Shown: positions 56,887 through 64,000 of the stretch, one piece after another
Layout: each line of letters starts with the position of its first letter
Numbering within the stretch: position 1 is the stretch's first letter
Assembly: GCA_038245295.1 (NCBI GenBank)
Contig: JBBRSP010000014.1
Coordinates: 32,001-96,000, forward strand
DNA from: Candidatus Binatia bacterium
GTDB lineage: Bacteria; Desulfobacterota; Binatia; HRBIN30
DNA length: 64,000 nucleotides
Direction: 5' to 3'
Program-made: the position numbers and the translations under genes
The notes under the pieces: model-generated
What the model was told of the DNA's origin: nothing
Seen by the model: the letters and a program-made list of their open reading frames with translations, nothing else
Database searches by the model: none

Positions 56887-57369
56887 TCACTGCGCCTCTG
56901 CCTTGCACAAGATGCCGGCGGCGAGGAAAAACGTGCCGGTCTTGTTCACCGCCATGCTGTAGATGTCGGCTTGGCCGGCCGGCTCGACCTTCCCAACGCG
57001 CCACGCGTGCGTCGATACACGCTTCTCGTTTTTCTTCTGATCGTCGTATTCGTAGCCTTCGGGGTAATGATGCGCCGCCTCGAGATCGTCGCCCACCTGG
57101 AGATCCGCGGCTCGCACCTCGACCATGCCACGTTTGAAGAGCACCTGGTCGGCACCAACCCGAAAGCTGGCGCCTGCTTCCAGCGTCACCTTCAGGACAG
57201 GCTGCGCTTCGGCAACTTGGCGAGCGTTGATCATGGCGCGGAAACGCACGCGGCCATTCTCCTCGCGCGTGAATACGGACATCGCCTTGCCGGCAACACC
57301 CTTGACGGTCATCGCCCCCTCGGGCGTCTCCACCTTCGTATCGGAAGCCAGCGCACACACACCACTCAT
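56887..57369 (-). CDS. Free-standing Hint (intein-fold) domain protein with degenerate splicing residues
   Basis: Block A-like CALASDTKVETPEG, block B-like GASFRVGADQVLF, A.DLQVGD.L, block F-like VGKVEPAGQADIYSMAV, block G-like TFFLAAGILCK. GAGG RBS. Confidence 0.7.
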   Translation of the reverse strand: MSGVCALASDTKVETPEGAMTVKGVAGKAMSVFTREENGRVRFRAMINARQVAEAQPVLKVTLEAGASFRVGADQVLFKRGMVEVRAADLQVGDDLEAAHHYPEGYEYDDQKKNEKRVSTHAWRVGKVEPAGQADIYSMAVNKTGTFFLAAGILCKAEAQ

Positions 57370-57450
57370 ACGGCACCTCGCAATGCGCGCCGCTTAGCGC
57401 GGATACAGAAGTCGGTCTAGCGCCCTGATCGACGTCGCGTCGGCTGAGGT

Positions 57451-57473
57451 CGCAGGCTGAAGCCTGCGGCTAC
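57451..57473 (-). repeat. GTAG-type REP-like palindrome
   Basis: Minus strand GTAG-C-CGCAGGCT-TC-AGCCTGCG, intergenic just after the peptidase stop; only one copy noticed. Confidence 0.6.
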
Positions 57474-57495
57474 CGCCTGGGGAATGCGGCCCGCT

Positions 57496-58704
57496 TCACG
57501 CCGACAATCGAGCAATCAACGCCGGACGTTTCATCAACGCACGCCAGGCAGTCTCGACCTCGGCTTTCGAGAGACTGCGGACGATACGTTCGATCTCTTC
57601 GGGCGGGGGCACACCGAGCAGTGTGTTTTCGGCGAGAGCCAGGGCACGATCGAAGCGACTGTGCGCCAGCGACGCATACCGGTAGCGCAACTTCTTGCGG
57701 CCGCGCTCGATCTCGTCCGGCGTGAAACCATCGCGGGCGGCGTGTTCACAAACATCCGTGATTGCACCCTCCAGACGCGCCAACGAACGGTGCGCGGCGC
57801 TGGCCGAAATCGTCACCACCGCCCAGTCGGGGCCCCAATCCAGATGGGCTCCGACTTCGTAGCCGAGACCGAGACGTTCGCGGATTTCCTGGAAGAGGCG
57901 ACTATCCGGATCGGCGCCGACCAGATCGAGGGCCACGCCGGCGGCGGCGATTTGCCGCGGTATCGGGGTCACGGGCATCATACGCAGGATGAATCCCTGT
58001 CCACCGTCGTCGCGCACACGCACCGGTCGCACCGCGTGACCATACTGCACTTTGCGTGGCTTTGGCGGCTCCAACGAGCTCTTGTGCGAGAAGCTGCGTT
58101 TTACGGCACCCTTGGCCGCCTCAAACTCGACGCCACCAACCAGCGACAAGACGCTGCGCCCATGTGTGAAGTGTGTTGCGATGAAGGCGGCCACATCCGC
58201 GGCCTGCATTTGCCGCAGGCTCTGCATGCTGCCCCAGACGGGATGGGCCAATGGGCCGCTGAAGAAGTTGCACCAGGCACGTTGGTGTAGGCGTTCAATC
58301 GGATCGTCGATGCGACCGCGCGCTTCGTCCATGACGACGTGCCGCTCCTTGCGGAAGCGCCTCTCGTCGACCTGGCTGTGATAAAACTGCTCGGCCAACA
58401 ACTCGAGCGCGTCGCCAACGTCTTCATTGAAGACTTCGAAGGTCAACGAGATGTTCTCGTAGCCGGTGTCGGCATTGTGCTCGCCGCCCAGCTCGGCAGC
58501 GCGACGATTGAGAGCCACCTGATCGAAAAGACGGGTTCCCTGGAACAGCATGTGTTCCGACATGTGGGCGATCCCGGGGAAGCGCTCGTCGAAGCGGGCT
58601 CCGGCGCGAATGGAAAGAGCAATGGCGGTAAGTGGTCCGGGCATCTGCTGATGGACGACGCGCAATCCACGCTGCGAGAACCGGCGGACGGTGTTTGAAA
58701 TCAT
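57496..58704 (-). CDS. M16 (pitrilysin/insulinase) family zinc peptidase
   Basis: GIAHMSEHMLFQGT (HxxEH), NADT, ER.VV.DE, SRLFQEIRERLGLGY. Confidence 0.92.
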   Translation of the reverse strand: MISNTVRRFSQRGLRVVHQQMPGPLTAIALSIRAGARFDERFPGIAHMSEHMLFQGTRLFDQVALNRRAAELGGEHNADTGYENISLTFEVFNEDVGDALELLAEQFYHSQVDERRFRKERHVVMDEARGRIDDPIERLHQRAWCNFFSGPLAHPVWGSMQSLRQMQAADVAAFIATHFTHGRSVLSLVGGVEFEAAKGAVKRSFSHKSSLEPPKPRKVQYGHAVRPVRVRDDGGQGFILRMMPVTPIPRQIAAAGVALDLVGADPDSRLFQEIRERLGLGYEVGAHLDWGPDWAVVTISASAAHRSLARLEGAITDVCEHAARDGFTPDEIERGRKKLRYRYASLAHSRFDRALALAENTLLGVPPPEEIERIVRSLSKAEVETAWRALMKRPALIARLSA

Positions 58705-58788
58705 TGGGGTCGGCGATTAGCGGCGCGGCGCAGGGGGGGCAACGTTTGACGACCGGCAATCGGCTCGGGCCGTTCGCCCGCGCCGGCT

Positions 58789-59391
58789 TCAGGTTGCGTC
58801 GGCTTCGACGAAAGCGACGGCGCCTTCGAAGTCGGCAGCGGTGATTGCACCGTCGTCGCGCAGTTGGCGCAGCAGCGGGCGGATCTTGATGACGCTGTGC
58901 AGACGCAGACCCGCTTGCTCGATGACACGGGCTCCCGACTGTTCGCGATCGACCACAACGACGATGTCGCTCACCACCAGACCCGCTTCGCGCAGCGGCT
59001 GCAAAGCCTCGATCTTGGCGCCGCCGGTGGTGATGACGTCGTCGACAACCAGCGCGCGGGCGCCGGGTTCGAAGACTCCTTCCACCAGCTTACGTGTGCC
59101 GTAGGCCTTCGCCTCTTTGCGCGGGTAGACGAGCGGCTTGCCGCCGGCCAGCGACATCGCGACCGCCAACGGCAGGCCGGCGTACGGAATGCCGGCAACA
59201 CAGTCGTACGCGACGTCGCGCGTCGTCTCGAGCATGGCGCGGGCCACCTGATCGAGCACTGCGGGGTGGGCGATGACGACACGCAAGTCGACGTAGATCG
59301 GCGAGTGGCGCCCGTCCTTGAGAACGAAGTCGCCAAACTTTACCGCGCCGATGCGATGTAGAGAACGCGCTACGTCGATCGCCAAGCTCAC
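58789..59391 (-). CDS. pyrE: Orotate phosphoribosyltransferase
   Basis: KFGDFVLK.G..SP.YVDLR, RKEAKAYG, VVDDVITTGG, VVVDREQ. Confidence 0.93.
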   Translation of the reverse strand: MSLAIDVARSLHRIGAVKFGDFVLKDGRHSPIYVDLRVVIAHPAVLDQVARAMLETTRDVAYDCVAGIPYAGLPLAVAMSLAGGKPLVYPRKEAKAYGTRKLVEGVFEPGARALVVDDVITTGGAKIEALQPLREAGLVVSDIVVVVDREQSGARVIEQAGLRLHSVIKIRPLLRQLRDDGAITAADFEGAVAFVEADAT

Positions 59392-61124
59392 TCAAGCCCT
59401 CGCGAACGACGCCGTAGCAACAGCAACGCGGCCGGCAACAAGAGCGCCGACCAGGCCGACTGGCCGGTAGCCGCGCCGGTCACCGGATCCACCACGCAAC
59501 CGCAGCCGCCGCCACCGCCGCCGCTATGGCTCACTGCCGTCGCCACCGGGGTAGGAACGGTAGTACCGGTTCGCGTGCGGGTTGGGAGTGCTGTGAAGCT
59601 CGGCATGATAGTCGGCGTGAATGTTGCCGCCGACGTGTGAGTCGGCGCTGGCGGCGTTTGCGTCGGCGACGGGGACGTCTGGCCTGTCGGTGTCGATGTC
59701 GGACGAGACGTTTGTGAAGGCGTCGGGGTCACCGTCGCGTCCTCCGGAGTGGGTGTTTCCGTGGGCGTCGGCGTCGGCGTCGGGCTCATCAACAGCGGCT
59801 TTGTCCCGAGTGGGTTATCCGTGATGTAGACGTCGACTTGATTGTCCTGATCATCCGGGATCAGACGCCCGGCGGCTTGGAACACGACGCGCAGGCCGTC
59901 GCCACTGATCTGTGGATTGTTGCTGTCGGCCGTGACTTCCTGGCCGCCGGCATCGACGCTGACGCGCCGCACCTCGCCGTCGTTAAGATCGACAACGAAC
60001 ACATCGACATGGCCGTTGCCGTCGCCGGCGATGAGGTTGTTGGCTTGCGATTCGAAGACGACGAAACGGCCGTCGGCACTGATACTGACAGCACCACTCA
60101 CACCGTTGCCGCGCTCGCCCGATTGATTCTTCGACAACAAAAACGTCTCGCCGGTGTCGCGGCGATGGACATAGACATCGGTCCCGGAGTCGTCGTCGGC
60201 CGCATCGAGATTCGTCGCATTGGAGAGGAACGCAACAACGTTCCCGTCGGCGCTGACGGCCGGCGCGTTGATACCGGCGCTGCTCGACGCATTCGCCTGG
60301 CTACCGTCGGTCGCCACACTCACACGCTGAATCTCGCCGCTACAGCGATTACGCACAAAGACGTCGCGGCGCTCGTTGGTATCGGCAGGGACGAGATTGC
60401 CGGCGTCCGAGTAGAAGGCCACGATGCAACCGTCGGCGCTAATGGACGGTCCGCCACTCGGGCCGTCGGCGGTGCCGATGGTGGGCGAGCCAAGGCTCGT
60501 CAGCGTCAGCACTTCGGTCTGCTGAGTTGTCTGATCGTAGACGAAGATGTCGCTGACGTGATTGACGTCGCTGAGGTCGAGGCGGTCGGCCTCCGACACG
60601 TAGGCGACGAAACGGCCGTCCTGGCTGAGCGCCGACGGCAAATCCGGCACGGCGCCGCCGCCGAAGCCGTCCTGGCTGAGCGAAAGCTCGGACGTCACGC
60701 TCAGGCCGCGGTCGAAGACGAATACGTCGGGGCGCGTGTTGAAGTCACCCTGTACGATGTTGGACGCCGCCGACCCGTAGGCGATGGTGCCACCATCGGC
60801 GCTGATCGACGGCGGGAAGCTGCTGTCGTTCGGATCGCGGCCGGTGGCCGAGATACTCACACGATCGGTGGCCAGGGTCAGGGTGTCGGTGAGGAACACG
60901 TCCACCAGTTCGTTCAGGTCGCCGGAAACCAGGTTGGAGGCAGCCGACTGAAAAACCACCAGGGTGCCGTCGGCGTTGGTGTGCGGGTTCAAACTGCGCC
61001 CGTTGGGAGCCGTGCCACCGAGACGCTTGAGCCCTTCCGCTGCCGCCGGCGACGTCAGCGCCAAGGTGACAGCCGCGAGGCAAGTAAACGATTTGATCCG
61101 ATCAACCCGGCTCGACAGCATCAT
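59388..61124 (-). CDS. Secreted TolB-like (PD40) beta-propeller protein with Pro/Thr linker and Gly-rich/Cys CTERM sorting tail
   Basis: Signal peptide; repeated (P)SISADG..V.F.S.A.NLV..D.N...DVF; PT-rich linker; SGGGGGGCGC...WSALLLPAALLLLRRRSR. ATG 61124 with GGAGGAG RBS. Confidence 0.85.
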   Translation of the reverse strand: MMLSSRVDRIKSFTCLAAVTLALTSPAAAEGLKRLGGTAPNGRSLNPHTNADGTLVVFQSAASNLVSGDLNELVDVFLTDTLTLATDRVSISATGRDPNDSSFPPSISADGGTIAYGSAASNIVQGDFNTRPDVFVFDRGLSVTSELSLSQDGFGGGAVPDLPSALSQDGRFVAYVSEADRLDLSDVNHVSDIFVYDQTTQQTEVLTLTSLGSPTIGTADGPSGGPSISADGCIVAFYSDAGNLVPADTNERRDVFVRNRCSGEIQRVSVATDGSQANASSSAGINAPAVSADGNVVAFLSNATNLDAADDDSGTDVYVHRRDTGETFLLSKNQSGERGNGVSGAVSISADGRFVVFESQANNLIAGDGNGHVDVFVVDLNDGEVRRVSVDAGGQEVTADSNNPQISGDGLRVVFQAAGRLIPDDQDNQVDVYITDNPLGTKPLLMSPTPTPTPTETPTPEDATVTPTPSQTSRPTSTPTGQTSPSPTQTPPAPTHTSAATFTPTIMPSFTALPTRTRTGTTVPTPVATAVSHSGGGGGGCGCVVDPVTGAATGQSAWSALLLPAALLLLRRRSRGLE

Positions 61125-61223
61125 CCGTGGTCTCCTCCCCTGCTCTGGCGCGCTCGCATAGCACGGCGGCGCCAAAGGCAACAGCAAGAACACGCCGTTG
61201 CATCCTCGCAAAACCTCAGCTTT

Positions 61224-62177
61224 ATGACGTACTTCATGACGGACTCGCCAACGGCAATCAGCGTAGACAACCTGACGCATCGTTATGCCGAGCGGGTTGC
61301 CCTCGACAACGTTTCCTTCAAGGTTCGCCGCGGTGAAATGTTCGGCCTGCTCGGGCCGAACGGCGGCGGCAAGACAACCCTCTTCAAGATCCTATCGACC
61401 CTGATGATGGCCAGCTCCGGTGAGGCTCAGATTCTCGACGCGCCGTTGTCGCAGCCGGCGCGTGTGCGCGAGCATCTTGGCGTCGTGTTCCAACAACCGA
61501 GCATCGACGGCAAACTCACCGTGCGCGAGAACTTGTGGTGCCATGGATACCTTTACGGACTCCAGGGCGCCGAGCTGAAGCGGCGCAGCGCGCTGCTGCT
61601 GACGCAGCTTGGGTTGAGCGATCGCGTCGACGACATGGTTGACACCCTGTCGGGCGGCCTGCAACGCCGCGCCGAGCTGGCCAAGTCACTGCTGCATCAA
61701 CCACCGGTGCTGTTGCTGGACGAGCCATCGACCGGGCTCGATCCTGGGGCACGGCGCGACTTCATGCACTACCTGCAACGCTTGCGCGATGAGCAAGGCG
61801 TCACGATCGTGCTCACGACTCATTACATGGAAGAGGCGGAGCGCTGCGACCACGTTGCGATCTTGCACCAGGGCAAGTTGGTCAAAGTGGCCAGCCCCGA
61901 AGAGTTGAAGGCCAGCGTTGGTGGCGACATCGTGGCCGTGCAGGCGACCGACCCCGAAGCCCTCGCCGTCAAGATCGAACAACGCTTCGGTTGTACGGTG
62001 CAACGCGTCGACGGGGCGTTGCGCATCGAACGCAAGGCCGGCCATGAGCTGGTACGTGATCTGGTCGATGCGTTTCCCACCGAGATCGTGTCGATCACCT
62101 ACGGCAAACCAACGCTCGAGGATGTATTTATCAGCCTGACCGGCCATCGCTTCTGGGCTGCCGAGGAGAACTCCTGA
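61224..62177 (+). CDS. ABC-2 type exporter ATP-binding protein (DrrA-like)
   Basis: GPNGGGKTT, LSGG, LLLDEP, TTH, PTLEDVF..LTG. Start ATG 61224 or 61236. Confidence 0.93.
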   Translation: MTYFMTDSPTAISVDNLTHRYAERVALDNVSFKVRRGEMFGLLGPNGGGKTTLFKILSTLMMASSGEAQILDAPLSQPARVREHLGVVFQQPSIDGKLTVRENLWCHGYLYGLQGAELKRRSALLLTQLGLSDRVDDMVDTLSGGLQRRAELAKSLLHQPPVLLLDEPSTGLDPGARRDFMHYLQRLRDEQGVTIVLTTHYMEEAERCDHVAILHQGKLVKVASPEELKASVGGDIVAVQATDPEALAVKIEQRFGCTVQRVDGALRIERKAGHELVRDLVDAFPTEIVSITYGKPTLEDVFISLTGHRFWAAEENS

Positions 62178-62953
62178 TGCCGCGCGTTATGTTGCCGGTC
62201 ATTGCCCTCTGGAAGCGCGAGATGTTGCGCTTCGTACGCCAGCGCAGTCGCATCTTCGGAGCTTTCGCGCAGCCCCTGCTTTTCTGGGTGCTGCTTGGAA
62301 GCGGTTTCAACGCTTCCTTCCGCCCAGCCGGCGCTGGGAGCGGAAGCTCGTACTCAACCTATTTCTATCCCGGCACCATCGCCATGGTGCTGCTGTTCAC
62401 GGCAATCTTCTCGACCATCTCGACTGTCGAAGACCGCAAGGCCGGCTTCCTTCAGGGAGTGTTGGTGTCGCCGGTGCCGCGATGGGCCGTGGTGCTTGGA
62501 CAGGTCATGGGCGGCACCACGCTAGCCGTCGTCCAAGGCATCCTGTTTCTTCTGCTGGCGCCGATCGCCGGAGTGACCCTGACACTCCCGGGTGTCATCC
62601 TGAGTATCATCGTCATGAAGTTGATTGCCCTGGCGCTGACGAGCCTGGGCTTGATCATCGCCTGGCGCATGGAATCTACGCAGGGCTTCCACGCCATCAT
62701 GAATCTGATCTTGTTGCCGATCTGGTTCCTCTCCGGCGCCTTCTTCCCGGCAGCCGGGGCTCCGGCGCCCATGCGCTTGGTGATGAACCTCAACCCGCTC
62801 ACCTACGGTGTCGCGGCGCTGCGCCGCGCCCTTTATTGGGGAACCGACACCGACCTCAGCAACGTCGCGGCGTTTGGACCGTCGGTGGTGATCACGATCA
62901 TCTTCTGCATCGTCACCTTTGCAATCGCCGTACGCACCGCCGAGCGGCGCTGA
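62177..62953 (+). CDS. ABC-2 type exporter permease
   Basis: Six TMs; FLSGAFFP, NPLTYGV; TGATG coupling to the ATPase. Confidence 0.92.
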   Translation: MPRVMLPVIALWKREMLRFVRQRSRIFGAFAQPLLFWVLLGSGFNASFRPAGAGSGSSYSTYFYPGTIAMVLLFTAIFSTISTVEDRKAGFLQGVLVSPVPRWAVVLGQVMGGTTLAVVQGILFLLLAPIAGVTLTLPGVILSIIVMKLIALALTSLGLIIAWRMESTQGFHAIMNLILLPIWFLSGAFFPAAGAPAPMRLVMNLNPLTYGVAALRRALYWGTDTDLSNVAAFGPSVVITIIFCIVTFAIAVRTAERR

Positions 62954-63045
62954 CAACTTTCCAATTCAAACGGCGCTCAGGTGCCGCCGTCAATCCGTCC
63001 ACCGGGCTGAGACGGATGGGTTCTGCTGCGTGTGGCCCTTTGCCT

Positions 63046-64000
63046 TCAAGGTACCGAACGAGGCGGTTGTCCCACAGGTGCGGCCGTGCCCAGTCGCTCA
63101 CGACCGTACGAATTCTCCTGCACGGCAGAACACCAGTCGCGATGCGTGAGGTACCAGGCGATCGTACGCCGTAGGGCGGCGGCAAACTCGAATTGGGGCG
63201 CCCAGCCGAGTTCGGTGCGAATCTTGCGCGCATCGACGGCGTAACGGCGGTCATGTCCTGGGCGATCGCTGACAAAACGCTTCAGCTCGCCGTGCCGGCG
63301 CATACCGCGAGCGCGCAGCGACGTGCTGTCGGGAACGAGGTCATCGAGAATGCCGCACAGTTGATCGACCAGATCAACGTTGCGCAGCTCATTGCCGGCT
63401 CCGATGTTGTACTTCTCACCGAGGCGTCCACGCTGCAGGACCGCCAGGATGCCGAGGCAATGATCCTCGACGTAGAGCCAATCGCGAATGTTGCCGCCGT
63501 CGCCGTAGATCGGCAGATCCTTGGCCTCGAGGGCGTTCAAGACGGTGAGAGGAATGAGCTTTTCGGGGAATTGATACGGACCGAAGTTGTTCGAGCAGTT
63601 GGTGATCAACACCGGCAAGCCGTAGGTCGCGAAGTAGGCACGTGCCAGATGATCTGCCGCCGCCTTGGAGGCCGAGTAGGGCGAGCTTGGCGCATACGGA
63701 GTTGTTTCGCTGAACTCGCCGCTGGCCCCAAGGGATCCGTAGACCTCGTCGGTCGACACGTGCAGGAAGCGACAACTCGCAACCTCGGCCGGATTGTCCT
63801 TCAGATGTTGGCGCGTCGCCTCCAGCAGCTCGAACGTGCCGACGGTGTTCGTCTCGACGAAAGCGCGCGGACCATCGATGGAGCGATCGACGTGTGACTC
63901 GGCGGCGAAGTTGACGATCCACTGTGGGTGGTGTTGCGCGAACAGCTGCCGGAGCAAGGCCGCGTCGGCGATATCGCCTTGGACAAACGTGTAGCGCGGA
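63046..64000 (-). CDS. rfbB: dTDP-glucose 4,6-dehydratase, 5' end outside window
   Basis: NFAAESHVDRSI, HVSTDEVYG, PYSASK, CSNN.GPYQFPEKLIP, RDWLYVEDH, DRPGHDRRY. Confidence 0.95.
   Translation of the reverse strand, partial: PRYTFVQGDIADAALLRQLFAQHHPQWIVNFAAESHVDRSIDGPRAFVETNTVGTFELLEATRQHLKDNPAEVASCRFLHVSTDEVYGSLGASGEFSETTPYAPSSPYSASKAAADHLARAYFATYGLPVLITNCSNNFGPYQFPEKLIPLTVLNALEAKDLPIYGDGGNIRDWLYVEDHCLGILAVLQRGRLGEKYNIGAGNELRNVDLVDQLCGILDDLVPDSTSLRARGMRRHGELKRFVSDRPGHDRRYAVDARKIRTELGWAPQFEFAAALRRTIAWYLTHRDWCSAVQENSYGRERLGTAAPVGQPPRSVP

Noticed and set aside
56887..57369. Active intein or mobile element
   Set aside because: No host exteins, no homing endonuclease, and catalytic His/Asn residues are absent.
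57470..57477. Exact ops sequence GGCGGTAG on the minus strand
   Set aside because: Overlaps the REP-like GTAG, is far from the EPS operon with opposite-strand genes in between; likely chance.
59560..59790. GGCGTC-type DNA repeats
   Set aside because: Explained by the Pro/Thr linker codons of the beta-propeller protein.
59838..61223. Apparent 779-aa ABC ATPase with a long N-terminal extension
   Set aside because: The extension is the antisense of the beta-propeller gene; the real ATPase starts near 61224-61236.

Overview
GC-rich bacterial window. The Cys-flanked 'GDCD..VTIDEL' module and the gene content suggest a Deltaproteobacteria-like lineage such as Ca. Binatia (inference only). Positions 1-37,250 form one tightly coupled minus-strand block: a degenerate His kinase and sigma-54 regulator, an ExeA-LysM-SPOR ATPase, an RfaH-like antiterminator, then a Wzy-dependent exopolysaccharide/capsule cluster. 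The cluster has Wza, a split Wzc with an apparent pseudokinase, Wzy, a Wzx-GNAT fusion, three GT4s, an initiating transferase, amino-sugar enzymes, methyltransferases, a carbamoyltransferase/SGNH/DUF5989 cassette and a beta-helix protein. The best lead is a four-gene cassette inside it: a fumarate-reductase/NadB-like flavoprotein, an argininosuccinate-lyase-superfamily enzyme with remodelled substrate motifs, ComA phosphosulfolactate synthase and an ATP-grasp ligase. It reads like an undescribed route to a C3-sulfonate (e.g. 3-sulfopropionyl) decoration of a polysaccharide, reusing the first two steps of bacterial coenzyme M synthesis. The rest holds a PPIase/HupE-UreJ/DUF3604 triad, a second sigma-54 two-component system, fatty-acid catabolic genes, a candidate structured RNA, a broken Ser/Thr kinase-ATPase gene, an oxidoreductase/ADC-like pair, pdxH, a patatin, a free-standing degenerate Hint protein, an M16 peptidase, pyrE, a CTERM-tailed beta-propeller protein, an ABC exporter and the 3' part of rfbB. 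No rRNA, tRNA, CRISPR array or transposase was recognised. All calls come from motif reading by eye; no searches were run.
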